A DNA stretch of 63,641 bases, counting the filler, from Stramenopiles sp. TOSAG23-6 (taxonomy: Eukaryota): the NCBI GenBank assembly GCA_900128565.1. It is 8 parts of 8 records of this genome, joined end to end, with 100 filler letters (N's around TTAATTAATTAA, not from the genome) between each part and the next. Parts side by side here need not be neighbours in the genome. Positions count along the whole stretch, not along the records: positions 1 to 7,889 come from LT636503.1; positions 7,990 to 15,878 come from LT636504.1; 6 more parts are not named here. One strand, given 5' to 3'. A program made the position numbers and the translations under genes. Below the pieces are notes generated by a model that was not told where the DNA came from, did no database searches, and saw nothing but the letters and a program-made list of their open reading frames with translations. Positions 1 through 13,249 of this stretch are shown here, piece by piece. Each line of letters opens with the position of its first letter. Position 1 is the stretch's first letter.

Positions 1-54
1 AAATTTCGTACCTAACGATTTTTTTTACTAAAAAAATATTTTTCCAAAATACAT

Positions 55-1991
55 ACATTATTGCTTTCCTGTTCGCCTCCGAGTCTACTGACAGGAAAAA
101 ATATTGAAAACAAAAAAAGTCAGTTAGGAAAAGATATTGGAACTGCATGTGTAACATTTATTGCAAATCGTGATAATGATAATCTACATGCAAATACAAT
201 ACATGTATGTTTTCATTTCATTTTTCTTATCCAATTACGAATTTATGGTTTTATTTCATACGAAATTTCGTACCTAACAGAATTAAAAAAAAAAAAAAAT
301 TTGAAATATTTTTACAAATATATGGTGTTGCAACTTGGGTAATTATTGGTTGGATTGGCTTTCATAAAATAGAGCGATGGAGCTTGCATCTTCCCGATGT
401 TGTAAACAAGGCACCCACAGAGGATACTGAAAATAATTCAATAGAAAATAATGGAAAAGCTAATCGTTTACAAAGTCATTTTTTACCAGCACCAGTGAGT
501 GTTTTATCCATGAATATATCAAATACTCTACTTGGTGTGGGCTGCAGTGACGGATCCCTTATTATCTATAGTGTTGATGTATTTCTTGATGTATTTTGGG
601 CAGAGACTCGCTTACCTGCTGCAATAACCGCAGTTGCATTCCATCGTGATAGTTATGTTGTTGCTGGTACTGCAAACGGGGCGATACAAGTATTCTCAAT
701 TATGCGACTTGCACCTGACAAAGATGGTTCACAGATAAATAGTAGTTTCCTATCTAGACAGGCATTATTAATCATGCCTGTTACAGAAGAATCTAGTAAG
801 GAGTGTACCAGTTCATGGTTGCCACGGGTCAATCGATTAGTAGCTGCTGTCGCCCCAGATGGTCATGGTATTGTTTCCGCATCATGTATATCCAATGACA
901 TTGCAGCTGCAATAGTCACTAATATAAAAGGTAGGGTTTTTTTACTTGAATTAGATAGCGGAGAAGTTGTCGGTGCACTAACACCATCCTCTCAACTAAT
1001 TAATGCTCGAAATGGTCCAAAGTTTTCAGCACCATCCCTAACAGTTTTGAGTGGTAAATTCATCGCAGCTGCCCTTGAAGTGAATGATGAAGATGCACAA
1101 GCAGCAGCAAGAATGGGAGGAGGAGATGAAGACTTGGGAAACAATGACTCCAATAGTTCTTTTCCAAATTCTGCCATGAAAAGCGAAATGGATAAGCGAT
1201 TGTTTGGTAATCCAGCATTTTCAGCGCCATCGCTTTCCTTATTCTATCCATGGGAAATTCTGTCCTTTTTCTTTCCCGCAGTATCAACAGCGATAAAACA
1301 AGTTAGTTTGACGGAAAAAGCTGATTTGGCAGCCAAGTATTTCAATTTAGCAACACCTGAACAGCGAAGAGACAAAGCTGTCCAGTTGCAACTTGCACCA
1401 AAGGATTTCCGTGGTGATAGTATGTTATTTGGAACAGGTTCACGAGCAGGTTCACGAGCAGGTTCTCGAGCAGGTTCTCGAATAGGTTTGCAAAATGGGT
1501 CTCGATCTGGATCGCGTCGAAGTATAACTGGTTCAAGACATGGCATAGGCACTCCCTCGAGAAATAGTATTAGCTCGAGACACGGAACTCCGAAAGGTTC
1601 AATTGCTGGTACACCATTAAGGACTGGAACAGATATGTCTCGAAGATCTGGGAAAAGTGAACGATTGAGGGCAAAATATAGTAATATGGGTGCTGTGCCA
1701 TCAACAACAGAAATAGATGAAGAAGAATTTCTAGGGTTCAATTTTAATGCACCGGAAAGGATTGTAATTCTTGAAGAAAAAACTAGCACTGAACAGCATA
1801 ATACATTACCAAACTCGAGACGAATAGTAGTAACAGGCGATGGTAATATCTCAACCAAATTTATGATGCGAAGGATGCAAGGTGGGAATAAAGCACGAGA
1901 ATCTATGATAACAAAACTTGGGCAAAGAAGAGATCAACTTTTGGAACTCATGCTTTTGAATGGAAGAGAACAACTTGGTAAATTGAATTGA
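55..1991 (+). CDS. WD40/beta-propeller-like protein, 5'-truncated; exons 55-204 and 324-1991
   Basis: Removing intron 205-323 joins ORF 61..342 to ORF 207..1991 in phase 0 (..NTIH|GVATW..). WD40-like strands LGVGCSDGSLIIY and VVAGTANGAIQVF; GSRA repeat in the tail. Confidence 0.6.
205..323 (+). other. Family intron, GT-AT, 119 nt
   Basis: CAT|GTATGT ... CATACGAAATTTCGTACCTAAC ... CAAATATAT|GGT; restores frame. Confidence 0.8.
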
Positions 1992-2080
1992 TTTACAATC
2001 TAAAATATATAATAAACAAAACCTAATAATAATAAATATGCAGTTGAATCAGTTGAAGCCTCTTGGACTTTTTTGTTAAT

Positions 2081-2412
2081 TCAGTGTTCTCTTACAACGC
2101 TTCCAACTGCCATAGCGGAACCCATGAATGCCCCCGCTCCCAATAAAGTTTTGTCAATACGTCGGGTACGTAAAAAACAACCCGCAATACCCACTGTTGC
2201 GCCATTTAATGTATTCTATATGTCAAATTTAAAATGAAAATGAATCCCCAATAGTGTTACTACAAATGGGTTGAAAAATTATTTGTACCAATAAAACCTA
2301 CCAAAACAAATGATAGTGCACCTTTTTTTACTCTAGATTGTAGGCTTACGTGCTGCTGTGGACTAAAGTGAGCATAATTCTCTCTATCAGATTTATTGTG
2401 GTCAAATACCAT
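2081..2412 (-). CDS. Small membrane protein, Romo1/Mgr2-like (81 aa); exons 2412-2302 and 2215-2081; absent from the ORF track
   Basis: Spliced translation MVFDHNKSD..RVKKGALSFVL|NTLNGATVGIAGCFLRTRRIDKTLLGAGAFMGSAMAVGSVVREH*. The Gly-rich C-terminal helix resembles Romo1. The intron 2216-2301 is canonical (GTAGGT..ATAG). Confidence 0.5.
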
Positions 2413-2789
2413 GCTTAACAACTTCTTCAATATGTAATAGAAAAATAAGTTTTATGAAGAGTTAGAGTTTGAGATGAGACAAACGCGTGATGTTTGTCAA
2501 ATTGTCAATGCGCGCGACACGTGGCAGATATTTTCGGATTTTTCGTGTGATCGTGAAAAATTTATGATAATTGTCATACAACAACCAATTTTTGGCAAGG
2601 CTTTTTGGGCTTTTTATGTCCGATTCCGGTCCACTTCACTGTCATCAGGTATAGGCTGTTGGTGTTATATAGGATTAAGTTGGAACAAAGTGTATATTTT
2701 ATATATATTTTTATAAGTTTTAAAAAAAAAAGATCATGTCTTTGTAACATCGGTACCAGGTACCAGTACCTACTACATAGCGCGATATT

Positions 2790-4425
2790 TTAATTTGCCT
2801 CTTCAATTTCCCTTTGTAATTCAGATTGTACATATCCAAGTGTACCTTCATTCAATCCTGCTAAGAGTTTACCCTTAATTTCCGCCCGAAGAATTGTATC
2901 TCGCTTATTATTATACACCCAATTCCAAAGCATCAACCCCGAGAAAGAAAAATAAAAAAAAACTGGAATAATAATTCGAATTCTTCTAACCCATAGTGCC
3001 ACATTCGCGTCTCGTTTTGTTTCGTTATCTTTCTTTTCAAAATTGAATTTTCTTTCTTTGTCGCGATCACCTTCCATTAAAACAAGTACATGTATTTTGG
3101 AAAAATAATTCAAAAAAAAAATGTTAGGTACAAATTTTTCATACAAAAAAAAAAAAATAATTTGAGATTCATAATAAAAACCTACTTCCTCCTCCTCATC
3201 CAAAACAGCATGCCACTGAAATCGCGTGACTGCAACTACTATTATAGTTGAGGTCACAAAACATAGTAATAAATACCAATGAACCCAAAGTACACCACTT
3301 GTGGCTGAAATTGAAGAATTATGATGTAACGTTCCAATGTAAGTCACAGCTGTCAGAAACCCAATACATGTATTTGTGAAGAAATATTTTTTTAAATTTT
3401 CATTTTTTGTTAGGTACAGATTTACGTACGAAAATTAAAATTTCATTTTTTTTTAAATGATACATTTTTAACATACATGCAGTAGATAACTGTGCTGAAA
3501 AAAACTTTTGATGTGAAATGAAGAGTGACGTCATTGCAAAAGTAATGGTAGCAAACAATGGTATCAAATATGGCGAATGAGAAATCCGTTTAATCAACAT
3601 TGCTCCAATGACACGTTCAACATTCTCAGTTGAAAATAGTGAGGGCTCTTTTGCGTCACGAACCTGCCAAGATTCCAATTTCCAAGTGCTGCTCTTTGTC
3701 GGTTTAAATTTTGTAGGGACGTCATAACCTAGCAGATCAATAGACTTTGGACCGTAACGCAATGAACCCAGCTTTATTTGGATAATTTGTCTATCAAACG
3801 GATAACCCCATAAATCAAAGCTAAGAGTCACTTTGCTCGTCATTCTCTGTGATAGCATGAGTTCACCGTTTCGAAACCAAAGAGCCGCTTCTGGAACAAC
3901 TGACGCTTCTGATGAATTGACTACATAGATATCCGGGACCCACACTGGCCACTCGTAGTCTTTCCCATTAAAATGACCATGAAGATATCCCATGGTCGTG
4001 ATGCCATTGAGTCTGTGGTCTTTCCAACTTGTTGTGACAACAAGGTCAACATGAGCGAGTTGTCTGGTTGGGTCTACTTCGTACCATTTTAAAATATCCA
4101 AACCGCAGAGTATCTTATCTGTTTCGATAGTTTTTTTTGTTCTTCCAGGTCGAACTTCTGGATTGTAATCTTTTGGAACCTTGAAATTGTCTAATCCGCT
4201 GGATTGAGAAGCCGCGGCTTCCTTTTCAATTGCAGATGACAGAGAAGTTCCAAATAATGGAAGATTGTAATAGCGACCGTGACCTTTTTCTGGGAAGGTT
4301 GTTTTTGTAGGTGAATTTTCAAATCGAAAGGAATTAATTATTTGAGGTGATACATTGACATATCCTGCAATGTTGTAGATTTGCAATAAGAGCAACACTC
4401 CTGTTAATTTACTGTTCAGAAACAT
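2790..4425 (-). CDS. Pentameric ligand-gated ion channel subunit (Cys-less Pro-loop); exons 4425-3477, 3367-3186, 3089-2790
   Basis: Signal peptide, YN..VRP, WKDHRL, VWVPDIYVVN, YPFDRQ motifs and four hydrophobic segments after removing two GT-AT introns. Confidence 0.8.
3090..3185 (-). other. Family intron, GT-AT, 96 nt (in frame, no stop)
   Basis: GAA|GTAGGT ... TTTGTACCTAAC ... TTCCAAAATACAT|GTA. Confidence 0.7.
3368..3476 (-). other. Family intron, GT-AT, 109 nt
   Basis: GCAT|GTATGT ... CGTACGTAAATCTGTACCTAAC ... CACAAATACAT|GT; phase 1 on both sides, giving the M2-like helix STAC-IGFLTAVT. Confidence 0.8.
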
Positions 4426-4649
4426 ACTTCAAAGGAATATTGTGAAATATTGCAGAGGTATTAGATAGATACGAATACTTGTTAAGATCTAACGCACGAT
4501 CGACGGTTATCGCCGTGGACAATTCGAATTAATTATAACGGATCAAATCCGAAATCAATTTCCGAATTTCGATCAATTTTTATTGCGCATCGACTCAGGA
4601 TAGCAAAACGATAACTAAACTACATTTGGTTTGAAAGCTTCCAATTGCA

Positions 4650-4985
4650 ATGGCTTCTGCTCCAACTCCATCATCACCTGGGTGGGAACCTTCACCTGAT
4701 ACATTCCCAGGATCTGGCACATACATCCTTGAAAGTTCAAGTAGTATGAGACGTAGTTTACCTTTTGCAGCAAGTAGTATGAGACATAGTTTACCTTTTG
4801 CAGCAAGACGTCGTCTAGATTCAACTTCTCTACCTGTTCAAGCAATGGCTCAAGTAAATAACTTTCTAAACAACCAAATGAACCAGCTTCATAGTAGCCA
4901 TGAAAATAGCGAACATCGATATTACTATGCTCAGAGAAATTTGGAGAGTTTGCTTTTGAAAAGATCATATAACCCAATTGCATGA
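4650..4985 (+). CDS. Hypothetical protein (111 aa) with a 33-bp internal duplication
   Basis: ATG-initiated ORF divergent from the channel gene; SSMR(R/H)SLPFAA occurs twice. Confidence 0.35.
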   Translation: MASAPTPSSPGWEPSPDTFPGSGTYILESSSSMRRSLPFAASSMRHSLPFAARRRLDSTSLPVQAMAQVNNFLNNQMNQLHSSHENSEHRYYYAQRNLESLLLKRSYNPIA

Positions 4986-5260
4986 ATCTTTCACGTGTCA
5001 GGGACTCATTTTGGTTACTTAATTAACTCCATTTGCAACAGAATCACATTGTGCACTTGCCTGTGTGTCCTGATTATAGCAAACATGTTTTTTTCAGTTG
5101 GACAACAAATGTTCTCAAATCATCATATTTGGTCACCTAATCTACTCTCCAAACGCAAACGCAACATACCAAGTCCACCAAGTCTTTAAAATCAAACGCA
5201 ATAAACTACACTACTATATATTTATCTGATAAAAATTATATAAAAAAATATTTTTGTTCG

Positions 5261-6478
5261 TCATACTTCAACATTGCGTACACAATCATTTTCTTCTCCA
5301 GGTAATTCCACAGAGAAATCAGCATAAAGGACAATATTTCTTCCTTCAAATGGCAAAATCTGTTTTTTCAACCTACTATCTTTCTCTAATAAATACGTAA
5401 TAAAATCTTCATACGTTGTAACGCTAAAGCCTGAACGTAATTTTCTATTTGGAAATAAACATGGAAACACGCAACACGGAACAACTGCACATAATGTATT
5501 AAACCGGATAGCTGCATCTACAATAGCTTCAGTTGCCTGATCAGGATGCATTCCCACAAAAAGAGAGGCACCAACCAAGATAGATCGATTTAATTTTACA
5601 AATTCATCAGTTGCGGCAAAGAAAGCTGCAATATGATCTGGTGGAGAAGCACCAACTTTACGCAAGCGCTTCGCGTTTCGTGCATTTAATCTAGTTTTAC
5701 GAAGCATGGGATCAATCACGGTACTTTTTATCTTGCAAAGTAACAGAAATTCAATTGATAATTGCCCCTTTCCGCCAGCAACATCAACTATTCCATTTCC
5801 TCGACTTAATTTTTTAACGCTAAAAGTATCGATGAGCCACTGAGCCATTACTTTAGCTCGAAACCGTTTTTCTTTGTTACTACCATGGCTTATATTCTGT
5901 TTATTGCAATAAGCACTCTTACGTTTTTTACTATTACTATGTTTTACCTTTTTCATTCTTTCAGTGAGACATTTTGGCTCAGCTTTTCGAGCAGAGACAA
6001 AAGCTTCGTTACGATACTGGAACATTGCCGATATTGAAGTTGCATTACTTGAACGTGCATCATTGTTCAATTTTCTTATAGACGAAAGGGCGTTGAATCC
6101 AGCATGTTGGGCCTCGACTGAAATCCTTGAGAGAACACGATAAGAAGTCACTACTGGTAAATTATCCTCGCCTGCGTCAACTCCCAACTTACAATCTAAC
6201 TCTAAACGCATATTATGTTGTAACATTGAAGATTTTTCTGGGAATGGGGCCGTTGCAGTCCAGTATTTTGAAGAACGCGAGAACACAACTTGACACAATT
6301 CACCATTATCAGTCTGGATAGTCAAAAATGCTAAATTTTTGCCCAGGCAACGCCTTCTTACCACAAATCCAGTTATTGACTTGTCAGTAATAGACTTGTC
6401 AGAATTATTTCCTAAATGTAACCCAGACACTGATGATATGCGACTATGATTTTGCATCTTGTTTGGCGATTCCATCAT
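5261..6478 (-). CDS. Putative SAM-dependent methyltransferase with N-terminal OB-fold-like region
   Basis: VDVAGGKG motif I, GMHPDQATE, VVPCCVF; N-terminal GFVVRRR.LGKNLAFL is OB-like. Confidence 0.6.
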   Translation of the reverse strand: MMESPNKMQNHSRISSVSGLHLGNNSDKSITDKSITGFVVRRRCLGKNLAFLTIQTDNGELCQVVFSRSSKYWTATAPFPEKSSMLQHNMRLELDCKLGVDAGEDNLPVVTSYRVLSRISVEAQHAGFNALSSIRKLNNDARSSNATSISAMFQYRNEAFVSARKAEPKCLTERMKKVKHSNSKKRKSAYCNKQNISHGSNKEKRFRAKVMAQWLIDTFSVKKLSRGNGIVDVAGGKGQLSIEFLLLCKIKSTVIDPMLRKTRLNARNAKRLRKVGASPPDHIAAFFAATDEFVKLNRSILVGASLFVGMHPDQATEAIVDAAIRFNTLCAVVPCCVFPCLFPNRKLRSGFSVTTYEDFITYLLEKDSRLKKQILPFEGRNIVLYADFSVELPGEENDCVRNVEV

Positions 6479-6764
6479 GAGTACTTACAACTATCTAGAA
6501 ACTATTTGTTCATTACGTCGAATTTTATAGTAATATGTCTACTAGATTTACTTATTTTAATAATTTTAAGCGATATCAATGACTTTTGATCCGTTGCGCT
6601 GGCTTGAAAAATACGTTAAAATATACGATTTTTGAATTTCAGATTTGGATACGATACGACGATACATTCGTTCGTATCGATACCACACTTTTTAAACAAA
6701 GATTCAAAAAAATTGGATCAGATAATACACTTATATTGTCTTTGTGTGATTTGTTGACAAAACT

Positions 6765-7889
6765 ATGCTTAATGCGAAAGAGCAAATGTGCCTTTTAATA
6801 TTCGTTTTATTTCTAAGCACACTTACAGTTTCAGTGGCGCAAATAAACGAATATTCTAGTTCCAGTGAAGAAACTAATATTGATCCTAAGATTAAAGCAA
6901 GTATAAGTTTCCCTACTTTGAACAAAGATTTGTTTAAAAATGTCCTTGATGCTGCGAAAGAGATAAATATGCGAAATTCGTTTGTTAATATACATTTGTT
7001 TAACGCAGGTTACATAGAGATGGAGAAAAGTTGGATATGCAACGTGAAGAAATTTGGTCATTCAATTCTTATCAATACGCTTTTTATAGCGACTGAACAG
7101 GCAGCCTTTAAAGCTATCAAAGATTTTTCGAAAATAATTGTGGTACCACTAAATGTTGTTTTATATCAACATACTGCTCCTTCCCTTCTCACTTACGGTG
7201 AAAACGCATACTATTCCTTTATGCTTTTTAGAACCAGAGTAATTGAAGCGCTTCTTAATTCGGATATTACTGTTTGGTTAACCGAAGCTGATGCAGTATG
7301 GAGAAGAGATGTTACAGATGTTATATGGAAGCATGCAAATGACGATTCTATTGACATCGCAGCTCCAAATGATTCCACAAGTACCACAATGGATGGAAAA
7401 AATACGATCGTAGGGATTAATATGGCGCTCCTTCGTCCAACTATCCCCACAAAAAGGATTTGGAAGAAAATGCAAATTCTATTTGAAGATAGAATCAAAA
7501 CATCCATGCAAAATAATGATGTATTAACTGAACCAGAAAATGAGTTATTAACTCAACTTTTGGCCAAAGACAAAACTTTGAATTTTATTCAACTTGATCC
7601 GCAAGTTTTCACTTCTGGTTTGTGGTACAATAAAAATTTCAGTTCTTTCCGGAGCCTTATACGCAACCCAGCAGTGATTCAAAATAATTGGATCGTTGGT
7701 GGTGTTAACAAAGTTAAACGCATGAAACTTTGGAACCACTGGTTCTTGGATGAAGCAGGAAAGTGTCGAAAAACAAAAGTATGGACTATTTCAGAAAAAA
7801 ATCCTCTTCAAAAACTAAAAACAGTTGTGAAAGATGAAGAATTGGCAATATTGGGTGACCAAAAAACTGATGAGTGTGTAAAAAACAAA
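6765..7889 (+). CDS. N-terminal part (nucleotide-diphospho-sugar transferase, GT77-like) of a multidomain glycan-modifying protein
   Basis: Signal peptide, SWICN, WLTEADAVW, NNWIVG..KVKRMK...HWFL. The last 55 nt (7835-7889) equal 15979-16033. Confidence 0.7.
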
Positions 7890-7989
7890 NNNNNNNNNNN
7901 NNNNNNNNNNNNNNNNNNNNNNNNNNNNNNNNNTTAATTAATTAANNNNNNNNNNNNNNNNNNNNNNNNNNNNNNNNNNNNNNNNNNNN
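7890..7989. other. Artificial contig linker N-TTAATTAATTAA-N; also at 15879-15978, 23867-23966, 31851-31950, 39817-39916, 47769-47868, 55714-55813
   Basis: Identical 100-nt spacers carrying six-frame stops; contig lengths decrease monotonically. Confidence 0.97.
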
Positions 7990-8043
7990 AAATTTCGTAC
8001 CTAACGATTTTTTTTACTAAAAAAATATTTTTCCAAAATACAT

Positions 8044-9980
8044 ACATTATTGCTTTCCTGTTCGCCTCCGAGTCTACTGACAGGAAAAAATATTGAAAAC
8101 AAAAAAAGTCAGTTAGGAAAAGATATTGGAACTGCATGTGTAACATTTATTGCAAATCGTGATAATGATAATCTACATGCAAATACAATACATGTATGTT
8201 TTCATTTCATTTTTCTTATCCAATTACGAATTTATGGTTTTATTTCATACGAAATTTCGTACCTAACAGAATTAAAAAAAAAAAAAAATTTGAAATATTT
8301 TTACAAATATATGGTGTTGCAACTTGGGTAATTATTGGTTGGATTGGCTTTCATAAAATAGAGCGATGGAGCTTGCATCTTCCCGATGTTGTAAACAAGG
8401 CACCCACAGAGGATACTGAAAATAATTCAATAGAAAATAATGGAAAAGCTAATCGTTTACAAAGTCATTTTTTACCAGCACCAGTGAGTGTTTTATCCAT
8501 GAATATATCAAATACTCTACTTGGTGTGGGCTGCAGTGACGGATCCCTTATTATCTATAGTGTTGATGTATTTCTTGATGTATTTTGGGCAGAGACTCGC
8601 TTACCTGCTGCAATAACCGCAGTTGCATTCCATCGTGATAGTTATGTTGTTGCTGGTACTGCAAACGGGGCGATACAAGTATTCTCAATTATGCGACTTG
8701 CACCTGACAAAGATGGTTCACAGATAAATAGTAGTTTCCTATCTAGACAGGCATTATTAATCATGCCTGTTACAGAAGAATCTAGTAAGGAGTGTACCAG
8801 TTCATGGTTGCCACGGGTCAATCGATTAGTAGCTGCTGTCGCCCCAGATGGTCATGGTATTGTTTCCGCATCATGTATATCCAATGACATTGCAGCTGCA
8901 ATAGTCACTAATATAAAAGGTAGGGTTTTTTTACTTGAATTAGATAGCGGAGAAGTTGTCGGTGCACTAACACCATCCTCTCAACTAATTAATGCTCGAA
9001 ATGGTCCAAAGTTTTCAGCACCATCCCTAACAGTTTTGAGTGGTAAATTCATCGCAGCTGCCCTTGAAGTGAATGATGAAGATGCACAAGCAGCAGCAAG
9101 AATGGGAGGAGGAGATGAAGACTTGGGAAACAATGACTCCAATAGTTCTTTTCCAAATTCTGCCATGAAAAGCGAAATGGATAAGCGATTGTTTGGTAAT
9201 CCAGCATTTTCAGCGCCATCGCTTTCCTTATTCTATCCATGGGAAATTCTGTCCTTTTTCTTTCCCGCAGTATCAACAGCGATAAAACAAGTTAGTTTGA
9301 CGGAAAAAGCTGATTTGGCAGCCAAGTATTTCAATTTAGCAACACCTGAACAGCGAAGAGACAAAGCTGTCCAGTTGCAACTTGCACCAAAGGATTTCCG
9401 TGGTGATAGTATGTTATTTGGAACAGGTTCACGAGCAGGTTCACGAGCAGGTTCTCGAGCAGGTTCTCGAATAGGTTTGCAAAATGGGTCTCGATCTGGA
9501 TCGCGTCGAAGTATAACTGGTTCAAGACATGGCATAGGCACTCCCTCGAGAAATAGTATTAGCTCGAGACACGGAACTCCGAAAGGTTCAATTGCTGGTA
9601 CACCATTAAGGACTGGAACAGATATGTCTCGAAGATCTGGGAAAAGTGAACGATTGAGGGCAAAATATAGTAATATGGGTGCTGTGCCATCAACAACAGA
9701 AATAGATGAAGAAGAATTTCTAGGGTTCAATTTTAATGCACCGGAAAGGATTGTAATTCTTGAAGAAAAAACTAGCACTGAACAGCATAATACATTACCA
9801 AACTCGAGACGAATAGTAGTAACAGGCGATGGTAATATCTCAACCAAATTTATGATGCGAAGGATGCAAGGTGGGAATAAAGCACGAGAATCTATGATAA
9901 CAAAACTTGGGCAAAGAAGAGATCAACTTTTGGAACTCATGCTTTTGAATGGAAGAGAACAACTTGGTAAATTGAATTGA
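8044..9980 (+). CDS. Duplicate copy of the WD40-like gene
   Basis: Same as 55..1991. Confidence 0.55.
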
Positions 9981-10778
9981 TTTACAATCTAAAATATATA
10001 ATAAACAAAACCTAATAATAATAAATATGCAGTTGAATCAGTTGAAGCCTCTTGGACTTTTTTGTTAATTCAGTGTTCTCTTACAACGCTTCCAACTGCC
10101 ATAGCGGAACCCATGAATGCCCCCGCTCCCAATAAAGTTTTGTCAATACGTCGGGTACGTAAAAAACAACCCGCAATACCCACTGTTGCGCCATTTAATG
10201 TATTCTATATGTCAAATTTAAAATGAAAATGAATCCCCAATAGTGTTACTACAAATGGGTTGAAAAATTATTTGTACCAATAAAACCTACCAAAACAAAT
10301 GATAGTGCACCTTTTTTTACTCTAGATTGTAGGCTTACGTGCTGCTGTGGACTAAAGTGAGCATAATTCTCTCTATCAGATTTATTGTGGTCAAATACCA
10401 TGCTTAACAACTTCTTCAATATGTAATAGAAAAATAAGTTTTATGAAGAGTTAGAGTTTGAGATGAGACAAACGCGTGATGTTTGTCAAATTGTCAATGC
10501 GCGCGACACGTGGCAGATATTTTCGGATTTTTCGTGTGATCGTGAAAAATTTATGATAATTGTCATACAACAACCAATTTTTGGCAAGGCTTTTTGGGCT
10601 TTTTATGTCCGATTCCGGTCCACTTCACTGTCATCAGGTATAGGCTGTTGGTGTTATATAGGATTAAGTTGGAACAAAGTGTATATTTTATATATATTTT
10701 TATAAGTTTTAAAAAAAAAAGATCATGTCTTTGTAACATCGGTACCAGGTACCAGTACCTACTACATAGCGCGATATT

Positions 10779-12414
10779 TTAATTTGCCTCTTCAATTTCC
10801 CTTTGTAATTCAGATTGTACATATCCAAGTGTACCTTCATTCAATCCTGCTAAGAGTTTACCCTTAATTTCCGCCCGAAGAATTGTATCTCGCTTATTAT
10901 TATACACCCAATTCCAAAGCATCAACCCCGAGAAAGAAAAATAAAAAAAAACTGGAATAATAATTCGAATTCTTCTAACCCATAGTGCCACATTCGCGTC
11001 TCGTTTTGTTTCGTTATCTTTCTTTTCAAAATTGAATTTTCTTTCTTTGTCGCGATCACCTTCCATTAAAACAAGTACATGTATTTTGGAAAAATAATTC
11101 AAAAAAAAAATGTTAGGTACAAATTTTTCATACAAAAAAAAAAAAATAATTTGAGATTCATAATAAAAACCTACTTCCTCCTCCTCATCCAAAACAGCAT
11201 GCCACTGAAATCGCGTGACTGCAACTACTATTATAGTTGAGGTCACAAAACATAGTAATAAATACCAATGAACCCAAAGTACACCACTTGTGGCTGAAAT
11301 TGAAGAATTATGATGTAACGTTCCAATGTAAGTCACAGCTGTCAGAAACCCAATACATGTATTTGTGAAGAAATATTTTTTTAAATTTTCATTTTTTGTT
11401 AGGTACAGATTTACGTACGAAAATTAAAATTTCATTTTTTTTTAAATGATACATTTTTAACATACATGCAGTAGATAACTGTGCTGAAAAAAACTTTTGA
11501 TGTGAAATGAAGAGTGACGTCATTGCAAAAGTAATGGTAGCAAACAATGGTATCAAATATGGCGAATGAGAAATCCGTTTAATCAACATTGCTCCAATGA
11601 CACGTTCAACATTCTCAGTTGAAAATAGTGAGGGCTCTTTTGCGTCACGAACCTGCCAAGATTCCAATTTCCAAGTGCTGCTCTTTGTCGGTTTAAATTT
11701 TGTAGGGACGTCATAACCTAGCAGATCAATAGACTTTGGACCGTAACGCAATGAACCCAGCTTTATTTGGATAATTTGTCTATCAAACGGATAACCCCAT
11801 AAATCAAAGCTAAGAGTCACTTTGCTCGTCATTCTCTGTGATAGCATGAGTTCACCGTTTCGAAACCAAAGAGCCGCTTCTGGAACAACTGACGCTTCTG
11901 ATGAATTGACTACATAGATATCCGGGACCCACACTGGCCACTCGTAGTCTTTCCCATTAAAATGACCATGAAGATATCCCATGGTCGTGATGCCATTGAG
12001 TCTGTGGTCTTTCCAACTTGTTGTGACAACAAGGTCAACATGAGCGAGTTGTCTGGTTGGGTCTACTTCGTACCATTTTAAAATATCCAAACCGCAGAGT
12101 ATCTTATCTGTTTCGATAGTTTTTTTTGTTCTTCCAGGTCGAACTTCTGGATTGTAATCTTTTGGAACCTTGAAATTGTCTAATCCGCTGGATTGAGAAG
12201 CCGCGGCTTCCTTTTCAATTGCAGATGACAGAGAAGTTCCAAATAATGGAAGATTGTAATAGCGACCGTGACCTTTTTCTGGGAAGGTTGTTTTTGTAGG
12301 TGAATTTTCAAATCGAAAGGAATTAATTATTTGAGGTGATACATTGACATATCCTGCAATGTTGTAGATTTGCAATAAGAGCAACACTCCTGTTAATTTA
12401 CTGTTCAGAAACAT
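10779..12414 (-). CDS. Duplicate copy of the pentameric ligand-gated ion channel gene
   Basis: Same as 2790..4425. Confidence 0.75.
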
Positions 12415-13249
12415 ACTTCAAAGGAATATTGTGAAATATTGCAGAGGTATTAGATAGATACGAATACTTGTTAAGATCTAACGCACGATCGACGGTTATC
12501 GCCGTGGACAATTCGAATTAATTATAACGGATCAAATCCGAAATCAATTTCCGAATTTCGATCAATTTTTATTGCGCATCGACTCAGGATAGCAAAACGA
12601 TAACTAAACTACATTTGGTTTGAAAGCTTCCAATTGCAATGGCTTCTGCTCCAACTCCATCATCACCTGGGTGGGAACCTTCACCTGATACATTCCCAGG
12701 ATCTGGCACATACATCCTTGAAAGTTCAAGTAGTATGAGACGTAGTTTACCTTTTGCAGCAAGTAGTATGAGACATAGTTTACCTTTTGCAGCAAGACGT
12801 CGTCTAGATTCAACTTCTCTACCTGTTCAAGCAATGGCTCAAGTAAATAACTTTCTAAACAACCAAATGAACCAGCTTCATAGTAGCCATGAAAATAGCG
12901 AACATCGATATTACTATGCTCAGAGAAATTTGGAGAGTTTGCTTTTGAAAAGATCATATAACCCAATTGCATGAATCTTTCACGTGTCAGGGACTCATTT
13001 TGGTTACTTAATTAACTCCATTTGCAACAGAATCACATTGTGCACTTGCCTGTGTGTCCTGATTATAGCAAACATGTTTTTTTCAGTTGGACAACAAATG
13101 TTCTCAAATCATCATATTTGGTCACCTAATCTACTCTCCAAACGCAAACGCAACATACCAAGTCCACCAAGTCTTTAAAATCAAACGCAATAAACTACAC
13201 TACTATATATTTATCTGATAAAAATTATATAAAAAAATATTTTTGTTCG

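Noticed and set aside
255-280. Recurrent palindromic motif as a CRISPR repeat or REP element
   Set aside because: Copies are dispersed singly inside gene interruptions, with no spacer array and no cas genes, in a eukaryotic context.
1244-1858. Antisense ORFs overlapping real genes, and ORFs made of intron translations (FFFSYEILYLT, IRNFVPN)
   Set aside because: Shadow frames or read-through of intron sequence with no protein motifs.
7934-7945. TTAATTAATTAA as a piggyBac target or biological repeat
   Set aside because: Always centred in N runs at ~8 kb spacing; it is an artificial six-frame stop linker.
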